Origin: Euryarchaeota archaeon TMED192
GTDB taxonomy: Archaea > Thermoplasmatota > Poseidoniia > Poseidoniales > Thalassarchaeaceae
Assembly: GCA_002170775.2 (NCBI GenBank)
Contig: NHIP02000003.1
Span: 155,029 to 219,028, forward strand
Direction: 5' to 3'
DNA: 64,000 nt
Shown: in pieces, positions 9,384-18,265 of the stretch
How the letters are laid out: each line of letters starts with the position of its first letter
Numbering within the stretch: position 1 is the first letter of the stretch
The notes under the pieces: generated by a model
The model's input: the letters and a program-made list of their open reading frames with translations, nothing else
Databases searched by the model: none
What the model was told of the DNA's origin: nothing
Program-made: the position numbers and the translations under genes

Positions 9384-10496
9384 ATGCACGCACCCCCGGG
9401 TGTAACAGGAGGCGAGACGTTGAACAGACATGCTGGGCAGGGCTCGGCTTCACCTAGACAGCAGACTCTTCTAGGAGGGAGCAGACTGCTTCCAAATCGG
9501 CTTCATCGACTCAGAGGGTTGCCTTGGTTTGACTGCTGGAAAGCACAGCTCAAAGCAGAGCGGAAGAGTGAGCATACAATCAGAGCCTACGAACGTGCGG
9601 CAAAGGGAATAGCGAGTACGACTCTACCAGGCGAGGAATACGAGGGAAATGGTTTTCTTCATGTTGATGTAGAGCAGGCACACATTCTTCTGGATCCTGA
9701 TGACGGGCGGGTAGATGCATGGATATCTGGATTGGACGGGCTCAGCCCCTCAAGCATCAATGCCAGGATTGCGGCCTGCACTCATCTGCTGAGATGGATT
9801 GGCCACACATTACCTGAATGGGTATCGAGGCCCACAAGACGTAGGCCTCTTCCAAAGACGCTCTCGAGGCGAGAATTGACGAGGTTCAAGGCTGCTGTTT
9901 CCAAATTCAAGGACCCTATAGCAAGACCTCTGACAATAATGATGCTTGAAACAGGTCTCAGAGTTTCTGAAGCATGCAATATGGACGTTGAAGATATTGA
10001 CCTCGACGATCTTTCAGCCCTAGTTATCGGGGGCAAAGGGGAGAAAGATAGGACTGTCCTATTCACAGCCTTGACTTCGAATGAGATCGAGTCATGGCTA
10101 GTTGAACGCAAGTCGAGGGGGGACATAGAAGAAAGGAGTGGTAGGCGTCCTCTTTTCATATCTAAGACAGGTAGTAGGATTTCTCCGAGGTGGGTGCAGA
10201 AATTGATGGATAGGTTGGCAGAGGCATCTTCCATACCCAAGTCTCGATTGACGCCACACACACTACGCCACACGTTCGCCTCTGGCCTTCTCGAAAGGGG
10301 GGCAGATCTAGTTACAATTCAGAGGTTGCTTGGCCATGCTAGTATTGCAACTACCAGAGTTTATCTCGAGATAAGCGATCAGACTCTGAGGGAGATATAT
10401 CGGAGAGCTCAGCGTCCTATTCCCCCTCTGGGGGACCCCCCTCCAGAAGCGGATATCGAGGGGACTCTGCATAGCACGTACACATTATCTTCGTGA
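9384..10496 (+). CDS. xerA: Tyrosine recombinase, XerA/XerC/XerD-like
   Basis: An N-terminal core-binding region (SEHTIRAYERA) is followed by the catalytic domain: TGLRVSEACNM, ..GKGEKDRTV, LTPHTLRHTFASGLLERGADLVTIQRLLGHASIATTRVYLEI (R..H-x-x-R..H..Y). The ~50-aa N-terminal lead may be over-extended. Confidence 0.85.
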   Translation: MHAPPGVTGGETLNRHAGQGSASPRQQTLLGGSRLLPNRLHRLRGLPWFDCWKAQLKAERKSEHTIRAYERAAKGIASTTLPGEEYEGNGFLHVDVEQAHILLDPDDGRVDAWISGLDGLSPSSINARIAACTHLLRWIGHTLPEWVSRPTRRRPLPKTLSRRELTRFKAAVSKFKDPIARPLTIMMLETGLRVSEACNMDVEDIDLDDLSALVIGGKGEKDRTVLFTALTSNEIESWLVERKSRGDIEERSGRRPLFISKTGSRISPRWVQKLMDRLAEASSIPKSRLTPHTLRHTFASGLLERGADLVTIQRLLGHASIATTRVYLEISDQTLREIYRRAQRPIPPLGDPPPEADIEGTLHSTYTLSS

Positions 10497-10738
10497 GGGA
10501 TTCTTCTTCGATTTTCTCTTTCTGAGCTGTTCGACTCCTTGCCAAGACCTATCGGGCCTGACTTCTTGTCCCGAATGGCCCTCTATCGGACAGTATTTCC
10601 CACTCCTACACCGACTACAATTGTCCTTTGGAGGATGATCGATCTTTTTGGTGAGGCGCCCATACTTCCGTCGAGGCACGAGCCTGAGTTGTGATTGGCG
10701 GCAGATAGCCTTCACCCAATGCGAAGGCTCAATCCTCC

Positions 10739-11506
10739 ATGCTTCGTGGGCCCATCATGGGGCCCCGAGAAACTGTATCAATTCGCCTTTGGGCTCAAGT
10801 TGAGGCGGCGATGCCCAGAATGGAAATTGACTCAGAGAATTGTTTGAGGATGGTTGCAGGGAAATCGAAGAGGGGTTCCATAATACTCGGTGATGTTGCT
10901 CAGTCATTCATTCGTGCATTGGGCCCCTCGGACCCCCCTGTAATTCTGAGTGAGCTTAGATTCGACGAACAGCGTTGGGAGATTTTGGCTAGTGCCTTTG
11001 GAGTGGATTTGTCCATCAAATCAGAACCTTATTGGGGATTTGGTATTTTCACTAAATGCTTTCTAAATGAGATCTGCTTATCTGGATCTCGGCCGTCTGT
11101 TGATAGGATTGTCTTTGATGCGATGGCTTCCTTGGGGAGGAATCCCTGGGAGCCGTTTTGGAGAAGTCGTTTTGAGAAGAAATGTGGTGTGGACTTGGAC
11201 AGCCAGGAAAACCTATGGCGAGATTGCGAGATACGGGCTGAAAAGACCATGCGCGATATGCTGGATGAAATTACAAAGTTGTACATTGCCAACAAAGAAG
11301 AGGTTCCAACATCTACTTCATCGGATCTTGAAGCTGCTAAACTTGCGCTTGAGGATCGTAATGGTCAGGCCTTTGAGCGTGCCATGTCTAGGGCGTTTAC
11401 AACACTCAAAATAAAGAAGGGATTTGATTCAAAAAGCAAATATGGTGGTTGGGGGATACTGCTTGAAACCGAGGAAGTTCCAGTAGTAGACCTAACCGGT
11501 GATTGA
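10739..11506 (+). CDS. Hypothetical protein
   Basis: The 255-aa ORF has ordinary composition and no competing frame. No motif recognised. The start is uncertain (alternative Mets at 10757 and 10811). Confidence 0.45.
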   Translation: MLRGPIMGPRETVSIRLWAQVEAAMPRMEIDSENCLRMVAGKSKRGSIILGDVAQSFIRALGPSDPPVILSELRFDEQRWEILASAFGVDLSIKSEPYWGFGIFTKCFLNEICLSGSRPSVDRIVFDAMASLGRNPWEPFWRSRFEKKCGVDLDSQENLWRDCEIRAEKTMRDMLDEITKLYIANKEEVPTSTSSDLEAAKLALEDRNGQAFERAMSRAFTTLKIKKGFDSKSKYGGWGILLETEEVPVVDLTGD

Positions 11507-11511
11507 TCTGC

Positions 11512-11691
11512 TCATCCGAATATCCACTGTATGACGCCGTGTTGAGCGAGATAGATGACGATTGAGAAGACTATGCAGGCTCCATACACTGCACTTTTTG
11601 GTATCTGGATCGCATCTTCGGACTCTTCGTCGAAATAGCGAATTAACCCAGCAGCTTGCTGGATTCCACTGTTCTTGTCTTTCTTGGCCAC
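11512..11691 (-). CDS. secG: Preprotein translocase subunit Sec61-beta (archaeal SecG)
   Basis: Not in the ORF track (59 aa, GTG start). Manual translation: (M)AKKDKNSGIQQAAGLIRYFDEESEDAIQIPKSAVYGACIVFSIVIYLAQHGVIQWIFG. AGLIRYFDEE followed by one C-terminal TM helix is the Sec61-beta signature. An in-frame TGA lies upstream, with no ATG before the GTG. Confidence 0.75.
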   Translation of the reverse strand: MAKKDKNSGIQQAAGLIRYFDEESEDAIQIPKSAVYGACIVFSIVIYLAQHGVIQWIFG

Positions 11692-11751
11692 ATTGGCCGG
11701 ACCGTGGCAGTGTATTTGAAGGAAGCCCAGAATGTGAATGATGACTCAGGG

Positions 11752-12153
11752 TCAAGGTTCCAATGTCTCGATGAGTACGCAACCACCTTCTATCTCAGTG
11801 ACCGTACGAGCGACGCCCATTGCAGCATCTATGCCCATGGTCATCACTAACTCTCTTCTTCCGAGCGTAGGATTATCCAAAATTACGCGATGGGATAGCG
11901 ATGTCAGCATCGAACTGTCTACCACCTGCCAAATCCATTCATGTTCGGTCACAGTTATGATCGCCTCTACAGGAAGTAGATCTACGATTACATCTGAGGC
12001 TTTTTTCGCACGGAGGACGAGTTCTTCGAGTTTCTTTTTCCCCTTGCTGGGGGTTGTACGAACCCTCCTTCCAACTTTCCTTAGTATTCTCCTGCTTCCG
12101 CTCTTTATGTGCACGCATCCCATCCTGCGACCGAAGCCGCAAAGTGAAGTCAC
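11752..12153 (-). CDS. Hypothetical protein (weak Brix/Imp4-like resemblance)
   Basis: 133 aa. SGSRRILRKVGRRVRTTPSKGKKKLEELVLRAKKASDVIV loosely recalls the N-terminus of archaeal Brix-domain proteins. It competes with overlapping ORFs in other frames, but those are low-complexity. Confidence 0.35.
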   Translation of the reverse strand: MTSLCGFGRRMGCVHIKSGSRRILRKVGRRVRTTPSKGKKKLEELVLRAKKASDVIVDLLPVEAIITVTEHEWIWQVVDSSMLTSLSHRVILDNPTLGRRELVMTMGIDAAMGVARTVTEIEGGCVLIETLEP

Positions 12154-12264
12154 TTTTCGTACTCTTAACCGTTCTCCGAGTGAGGGGCTGTTTGAGTGGC
12201 ATTTAGAGGGATCATTGAAACTGCTAGCCTTTCACATGATACTCATGAGGGGGCGAAGTGTTAG

Positions 12265-13881
12265 GTGAAATCGGATTCTGACTGGCGGATTTCAGCTGAC
12301 AACAGCCTGTTGAGGCGTGGAACGATAGCGTGGATGCATGATGCTGAAACATGGTTCGAACGATCTTTCGAAAGGCTTCCTGAAACTATCAGAGTCAATC
12401 CCCTGAGAAAGGATAGTAATGCTGTTGAAGGTTGGCTGCGATCTGTGGGTGCCGAACCGATGAGCTGGTATCGTGGGCCTGGATCTTCATGGGTAATGCC
12501 CTTTGAACGAGGAGGAGCAGAAGGCGAGGTTCGAAAATTGCTTATCTCATTACATGAGACAGGACGTCTCACCAGACAAGAAGCGGTATCTATGATTCCG
12601 GTGATGGCCCTGAATCCGAAAGCTGGAGAGGTCGTATTGGACATGTGTGCTAGTCCCGGCTCAAAAACAAGTCAAATAGCTGAGTTCATGTGCGGAATGG
12701 GGGTCCTGATAGCGAATGAAAGATCAAGAAAACGTTGTAATCTATTGGTTGCAAATATACAACGTCATCGTTCGAGAGTGACGATCGTATCCAATCACGA
12801 TGGACGGCATATCCCCTATCTCAGCGGAGAAGAGGGGTATGATGCGATATTGGTGGACGCCCCCTGTACAGGATCTGGTACGACTAGGAAGAATCCAGAA
12901 GTGTGGAGGCAATGGAAGCCGAGTGGTGGATTGGGGCTACATTCGATGCAAGTTGGGCTTCTCAACAGAGCTGTAGATCTTCTCAAACCAGGGGGCAGAG
13001 TTGTGTATTCAACTTGTTCCCTCGATCCCGTAGAGAATGAAGCCGTCGTATCCCGGGTTCTTGAGAAACGGGGAGACATAAGGCTAATCGATTGTTCAGA
13101 TAATTTAGAGGGGGTGAGTATTCAGGAAGGCTTGCGATCATGGGCTCCCGTTGATGACAACATGCAGCCTCTCGACGGGAGTCCATGGGCTCATCCTCCA
13201 TCGGAGGAAATATCTGGGGTGTTGGATAAATGCATCAGAGTAAGGGGGCATATGATGGATGCTGGAGGCTTTTTCCTTGCAACAATTGAGAAAAATTACG
13301 TTCAGACCGAAGAGGTCTTGGAAGATATTTCTGAGGTGAGGTTTCCTGAAGATTCTGTGCAGGCCTCTCAGCCGCTTTCCGAGGGTGATCGCCTTGCATT
13401 CGAGGAAGAGTTTGGGGGTTGTGATAAACCACTATGGAGACGGGGGAAAAGAATCGCTATCGGAACTGAACGTATGCTTGATATCTGGAACAAGAGGACG
13501 ACAGTATCCAATGGAAAAGCGAGTATTGATGGAAATAGATGGCGTCCAATGAATATCGTGCATGTAGGGTGTGAAATCTCAGAGATACGCTCTGGTAGGC
13601 CATCGAGGATTATCGAAGACGGCGCACATCTAGCTAGGGAGATTGCACTTGATAGAATTGTCAATATCGGAGATGGCGACTTCGAAAAATTGCTACTTGG
13701 AGAGGCGCTTGAAACAGACTGTATGCCTTCTGATAAGAGAGGCATTAGAGGTGGATGGCTGGTTTCCAGTGGGTCGAATCCAGAACCGCTCCCAGTCTGG
13801 ATAGGAGGTAAGATAACAGCTATGGTGTCTAAACATGAGCAAACATGTCGAGTAGGGCTTAGAGGATTAGAGAAAGTATGA
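12265..13881 (+). CDS. NOL1/NOP2/Sun-family RNA (cytosine-C5)-methyltransferase
   Basis: VLDMCASPGSKTSQIA (SAM motif I), ILVDAPCTGSGTTRKNPEVW (motif IV, PC) and GGRVVYSTCSLDPVENE (motif VI, TC). A ~230-aa C-terminal extension is unassigned. Confidence 0.85.
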   Translation: MKSDSDWRISADNSLLRRGTIAWMHDAETWFERSFERLPETIRVNPLRKDSNAVEGWLRSVGAEPMSWYRGPGSSWVMPFERGGAEGEVRKLLISLHETGRLTRQEAVSMIPVMALNPKAGEVVLDMCASPGSKTSQIAEFMCGMGVLIANERSRKRCNLLVANIQRHRSRVTIVSNHDGRHIPYLSGEEGYDAILVDAPCTGSGTTRKNPEVWRQWKPSGGLGLHSMQVGLLNRAVDLLKPGGRVVYSTCSLDPVENEAVVSRVLEKRGDIRLIDCSDNLEGVSIQEGLRSWAPVDDNMQPLDGSPWAHPPSEEISGVLDKCIRVRGHMMDAGGFFLATIEKNYVQTEEVLEDISEVRFPEDSVQASQPLSEGDRLAFEEEFGGCDKPLWRRGKRIAIGTERMLDIWNKRTTVSNGKASIDGNRWRPMNIVHVGCEISEIRSGRPSRIIEDGAHLAREIALDRIVNIGDGDFEKLLLGEALETDCMPSDKRGIRGGWLVSSGSNPEPLPVWIGGKITAMVSKHEQTCRVGLRGLEKV

Positions 13882-13927
13882 ACGGCATGAACAATACTTT
13901 CATGATATCCCACCGGTTACATTCTCC

Positions 13928-14380
13928 ATGGATCTGGACGATACCGACCGGGCGATCATCAAATGTCTTGAGTCGGATGCACGGATGTCGCTGAGATCTG
14001 TCGCTGAGAAAATCGGTGTTTCTTTGGGTACGGTTAGTAATCGACTTAGACGTCTGGAAAGTTCAGGGGTCGTGACAGGTTACACAATTCGTCTAGACGC
14101 GGAAAAGGCTGGATGGGGTCTAACTGTTGTAGTGGGGCTCAGAATAGAAAAGGGGAGATTGTTAGAGCTCCAGAGGCGCATAGCAGAAGATCATCGTGTA
14201 CTCGGAGTGTACGATGTAACTGGAGATTTTGATTCCATGGTGGTGGCTAGAGCAATTGATAGGGGCGATCTTGATGATTTGTCGAAAACGGTCCTCTCTC
14301 TAGATGGGATTACTCGATCTGTGACTCACTTCGTTCTTAATACGGTCAAGGAAAAATCGACATCTATTCCGGAAAATTGA
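13928..14380 (+). CDS. Lrp/AsnC-family transcriptional regulator
   Basis: An N-terminal wHTH (DRAIIKCLESDARMSLRSVAEKIGVSLGTVSNRLRRLESSGVV) is followed by a RAM/ACT-like C-terminal half. 150 aa. Confidence 0.85.
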   Translation: MDLDDTDRAIIKCLESDARMSLRSVAEKIGVSLGTVSNRLRRLESSGVVTGYTIRLDAEKAGWGLTVVVGLRIEKGRLLELQRRIAEDHRVLGVYDVTGDFDSMVVARAIDRGDLDDLSKTVLSLDGITRSVTHFVLNTVKEKSTSIPEN

Positions 14381-14391
14381 TTTTTGGTTCG

Positions 14392-14943
14392 TCATAGATC
14401 GGAATCAATGTTTTGCTGAATGAACGGCGACAGAGCATCTACGTGCGCGTGGAGAGATTCTACTGTACGACCTTCTGGCTTCATAGTCCGCATCAAAGAA
14501 AACCACAATGATTCGTCGATTTTGACATCTAGGGATTCGAGTCTTTTTCTTATGATAGACTGTAATCTCCCTCCCGTTCGGTCCCAATCCATTAACACAA
14601 TGACGGGCGGGCCTGAATCAATCGGATTTATGCTGCCATATGTGTCGTATAGGTAGGCAATAAGCCTAGACTGATCCCAACCACGGTTTAGTAGTTCAAT
14701 CGTACCCTTGAACCCCATGTCTCTCAAGGCTTCTTCGTCTCTTTTACCTTCAACTAAAATCGGGCAGTTGGAACCTTTATCCTCGAGTGGATTGTTCCTT
14801 CTAATGGATTCAGCGAATACTTTTGCAACTTTTGAATATCGCTCGACACTGTCTGGGCGTAAATATGACGTATTTCTAGAGCGAGGGTCCGGTAAATCTT
14901 CGATATTCACTTGCTTTACCTCCTTCTTTGGAAACTGCCTCAT
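14392..14943 (-). CDS. Toprim-domain protein (archaeal UPF0292/small primase-like family)
   Basis: ILVEGKRDEEALRDMGF (Toprim Glu) and VIVLMDWDRTGG (DxD). Size is ~180 aa. Confidence 0.65.
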   Translation of the reverse strand: MRQFPKKEVKQVNIEDLPDPRSRNTSYLRPDSVERYSKVAKVFAESIRRNNPLEDKGSNCPILVEGKRDEEALRDMGFKGTIELLNRGWDQSRLIAYLYDTYGSINPIDSGPPVIVLMDWDRTGGRLQSIIRKRLESLDVKIDESLWFSLMRTMKPEGRTVESLHAHVDALSPFIQQNIDSDL

Positions 14944-15037
14944 TTTTCCTAATTTAGATTAATCTATGAAGCCCCCTAGAAGCAACACTAAACCGAACAT
15001 TACACTCAGTTGAAATCATAAAACTGTCCTTACCCTT

Positions 15038-15892
15038 ATGAGGGTGCGTTTGTTCCCCTCACTTGGGGATCGGATGGCAGGTATTACCCCTCTGTTCGAT
15101 AACTTGTGGAATGAGTACATTATCTGGTCATTTTTAGTTGGTGGTTTCACATTTATCTGGCTTTATCATCACTCGCTTTGGTACAAAAGTGAGGAAGGGG
15201 AAGATTGGGATAACAAAGACGGCATAGAGGTCGGAGTTTTTCCAAAGCACTATGACAACTTCACGCTGGAAATCGCATGGACAGTATTGCCATTCTTTCT
15301 CATAGTGTACTTGGCTCTAATCTCCTGGGGACCACTCGATGCCATTTGGTCATCAGCAGAGGCAGATGGGGGGTATGGTGACCAATGCGCATCTGGAGAG
15401 CTGTCCAACATGACTTGGTCGGAGAGTGAAGGCAGGTATGTTGCTGAATGTTACCATATAATCTACGTAGAAGCTTATCAATGGGGCTGGAATTTCGATT
15501 GCCTCGAAGTAACTGTTCCGGATCTCTGCGAAGTTGGTACAGCAGTAATTGATGGGACGCCCGCTGCAAGTCTGACTCTGAAACAGGGCGAAGTTTACTT
15601 GGCGGCGATGGGATCAGCGGATGTCACTCATGCACCGTGGTTTGTCTCATGGGGAGTGAAAGAAGATGTGCTATATTCACAAGGCAGTATGGATCTAAAT
15701 GGTGACGGATTGAGTGACAATCTGGCCCTTACGGAAAATGGCGATTATGCCCTATCTGGGTCGATAGGTGAATTGGGTCTGATGACTGTCTGGCTACCCG
15801 CAGATAATGTGGAGAATTTCCTATTACTTTGCACCGAATATTGTGGTGATAATCATGCCTACATGTTGGCTCAGATCAATGTTCATGCTTGA
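15038..15892 (+). CDS. coxB: Heme-copper (cytochrome c/quinol-type aa3) oxidase subunit II, with inserts
   Basis: Two N-terminal TM helices precede a cupredoxin domain with CuA ligands: SADVTHAPWF ... LLLCTEYCGDNHAYM (H, C-x3-C-x3-H-x2-M). No fused cytochrome c domain. Confidence 0.85.
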   Translation: MRVRLFPSLGDRMAGITPLFDNLWNEYIIWSFLVGGFTFIWLYHHSLWYKSEEGEDWDNKDGIEVGVFPKHYDNFTLEIAWTVLPFFLIVYLALISWGPLDAIWSSAEADGGYGDQCASGELSNMTWSESEGRYVAECYHIIYVEAYQWGWNFDCLEVTVPDLCEVGTAVIDGTPAASLTLKQGEVYLAAMGSADVTHAPWFVSWGVKEDVLYSQGSMDLNGDGLSDNLALTENGDYALSGSIGELGLMTVWLPADNVENFLLLCTEYCGDNHAYMLAQINVHA

Positions 15893-15904
15893 GTTGGTGT
15901 AGAA

Positions 15905-18265
15905 ATGAAGATGAATAATTCCAGCAGAGCGATCGCGGCTCTGGCGGTGATGGCAGGGGTGCTCCTACTAGCGCCACTTGTGTCCTCTCTTCCAACAGGG
16001 ATTGGCGGCTCCTCGATTCAAACTGCAGGGTGTAACTGTCACAACGGTGTGTCTGATAGTAGTGTTGTGGCGGATATTCAGGGTTTCCCAGAACAATACA
16101 ATGCTTCTGAGACATATTCCCTCAGCGTTTCGTTCACGGGAGGACCCGCTCAAGCTGGCAACGCAAATCTTGGAGGTTTCAACCTCTGGGCATCGGATGG
16201 CGTATTCTCGCCCACCGATGGCTTGACGCAGCTATGGGGCGGTTCTGTAACTGAAATCGCGCACACTGAAGCAGGAAATGACTACACATCATGGGCGCTA
16301 GATTGGACCGCTCCTGAGAGTGGAAAGGATGTTGACTTCATCCTCCACGTCAACTCAGTCAATGGGGATGGGGTGCAGACCGGGCAAATCGATCAGTGGA
16401 ATCGTGCCGATTACACTTTGCAGTCTTCCTTTGGAGTAATCGGCGACGTGATACCCGAAGCACCCGAGCCATTCGTGGTCCTGGCTACGCTCATCCTGAT
16501 CACCTTGGCGCTTGTCGCAATTACGATCTTGTATGGATTCTACAGATCTGATCCAGACGGTTTCAGTTGGGAAACATTCTCTCCATGGATAGCGGATTGG
16601 TTGACAACTACGGATCACAAGAAGATTGGTACTCTGTATTTCCTAGCTGGGCTTTTCTTCCTCGGCATTGGTGGCATAATGGCTCTATTCATCAGGGTAC
16701 AGCTGGCAACTCCCGGTAACGACTTCCTTACTCAAGACCAATACAATCAGTTCTTCACCCTACATGGCACTACGATGATCTTCCTCGCAGCCATGCCGCT
16801 AATCAATGGCTTTGCAAACTGGATGGTTCCGCTGCAGATAGGTGCTCCAGATCTTGCAATGCCAAGGTTGAATGCGATGTCATTCTGGTTACAGCCTGTC
16901 GGTGCTCTCCTGATCTTCACAGGGGTGTTTTCAGGACAGGGGGCCGATACAGGATGGACTGGGTATGCCCCTTATGTCGTGGATATGGTGAATGGGCATG
17001 ATGGAAACACCTTCTGGGCTGCCGGCCAGATCATGCTCGTGGCATCGTCGACATTAACTGGAGTCAACTTCCTAACCACCATAGCTGTGATGCGGGCAGA
17101 GGGCATGGGATGGATGCAAATGCCGCTATTCACATGGTCGATATTAGTAGCCAATCTCATGCTCTTCCTTTCAATACCTGCCTTCGGCGTGGGGCTTATC
17201 CAAGTCTATCTTGACCGTGTAGTTGGTACTGCGTTCTATGATGTGGGGGCTGGTGGCGATCCATTGCTATGGAGTCACCTATTCTGGTACTTTGGCCATC
17301 CAGAAGTTTACGTCGTTATCGTTCCAGCCTTCGGGGTTATCTCAGAAGTGCTTGCAACCTCCTCAAGGAGATCCATATTTGGATACAGATCGATGGTCTT
17401 TGCAATGGCAGGTATAGGAGTAGTCGCGTTCATTGTCTATGGGCACCACATGTTCACATCGGGCATGTCGCCAGTCCTCCGATTCGTTACGATGGTCACT
17501 ACTATGCTAGTAGCGGTTCCTACCGGAATCAAGATCTTCAACTGGCTGAAAACTATGCATGGAGGTTCCCTCGTTTACAGGACTCACACGCTATGGGCAC
17601 TCGGCTTCCTTGTTACATTCACCTTGGGAGGCATTTCCGGGATGTTCTTCCCGTCGATAGCCATGGATACGCATCTTCATGAGAGTTACTTCGTGGTCGC
17701 TCACTTCCACTACGTCTTGGTTGGAGGGACTGTGTTCGGATTCTTCGCTGCAATTTACTATTGGTACCCGAAAATGACTGGTCGAATGATGGATGAACGC
17801 CTTGGAACACTTCATTTCCTCACCGCATTCATCTCATACAACGGAGTTTTCTGGCCTATGCACAGGCTTGGTGTCTGGGGTATGGCGCGACGGCATCATA
17901 CGTATTTCATTAGCACAGATGACTTTTCCAATTTACCTCCTGAGGCCGCGGACTGGAATCTTTTCATATCCGTATCAGCATTCTTGTTCTTCCTGTCTAA
18001 TTTCATCATGGTGGCCAATATGGTGATTTCCTATCTCCGGGGTTCAGAGGCTCCAGCAGATCCGTGGGGAGGATGGTCATTCGAGTGGATGACTGCTTCG
18101 CCACCGCCGACGCCCTCATTCGGTCGTTATGAGGATGGGGTGTGGTACGATCTTCCAAAACTTCGTGATGCCAATGAACATGTTACTTCTGAGCCCGGGC
18201 GGTTCGCCAGGTGGTTCAATCGCCTCATGGTTCCCGATGATGGAAATGAGGAGGTGACGCATTGA
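15905..18265 (+). CDS. coxA: Heme-copper oxidase subunit I with N-terminal exoplasmic domain fusion
   Basis: From ~residue 225 this is canonical CoxA: TTDHKKIGTLYF, FFTLHGTTMIFL, WSHLFWYFGHPEVYVVIVPAFG, HHMFTSGM, FVVAHFHYVLVGG. Residues 1-224 are a signal-like peptide, a ~160-aa beta-type domain and an extra TM helix. Confidence 0.9.
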   Translation: MKMNNSSRAIAALAVMAGVLLLAPLVSSLPTGIGGSSIQTAGCNCHNGVSDSSVVADIQGFPEQYNASETYSLSVSFTGGPAQAGNANLGGFNLWASDGVFSPTDGLTQLWGGSVTEIAHTEAGNDYTSWALDWTAPESGKDVDFILHVNSVNGDGVQTGQIDQWNRADYTLQSSFGVIGDVIPEAPEPFVVLATLILITLALVAITILYGFYRSDPDGFSWETFSPWIADWLTTTDHKKIGTLYFLAGLFFLGIGGIMALFIRVQLATPGNDFLTQDQYNQFFTLHGTTMIFLAAMPLINGFANWMVPLQIGAPDLAMPRLNAMSFWLQPVGALLIFTGVFSGQGADTGWTGYAPYVVDMVNGHDGNTFWAAGQIMLVASSTLTGVNFLTTIAVMRAEGMGWMQMPLFTWSILVANLMLFLSIPAFGVGLIQVYLDRVVGTAFYDVGAGGDPLLWSHLFWYFGHPEVYVVIVPAFGVISEVLATSSRRSIFGYRSMVFAMAGIGVVAFIVYGHHMFTSGMSPVLRFVTMVTTMLVAVPTGIKIFNWLKTMHGGSLVYRTHTLWALGFLVTFTLGGISGMFFPSIAMDTHLHESYFVVAHFHYVLVGGTVFGFFAAIYYWYPKMTGRMMDERLGTLHFLTAFISYNGVFWPMHRLGVWGMARRHHTYFISTDDFSNLPPEAADWNLFISVSAFLFFLSNFIMVANMVISYLRGSEAPADPWGGWSFEWMTASPPPTPSFGRYEDGVWYDLPKLRDANEHVTSEPGRFARWFNRLMVPDDGNEEVTH

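Noticed and set aside
9384-10496. Recombinase as marker of a prophage or integrative element
   Set aside because: The flanking genes are housekeeping (RimK ligase, Sec61-beta, RNA methyltransferase). No att repeats or viral/plasmid genes were seen. It is interpreted as chromosomal XerA.
11738-12268. 176-aa plus-strand ORF and 87-aa minus-strand ORF overlapping 11752..12153
   Set aside because: Both are Ser/Thr/Arg-rich with low-complexity runs. The 133-aa minus frame has more protein-like composition, though even that call is weak.
16031-16042. GCNCH in the CoxA N-terminal domain as a heme c attachment site
   Set aside because: The motif is C-x-C-H (one residue between the Cys), not the canonical C-x-x-C-H. 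I therefore do not call a cytochrome c domain. It may still be a metal or disulfide site.
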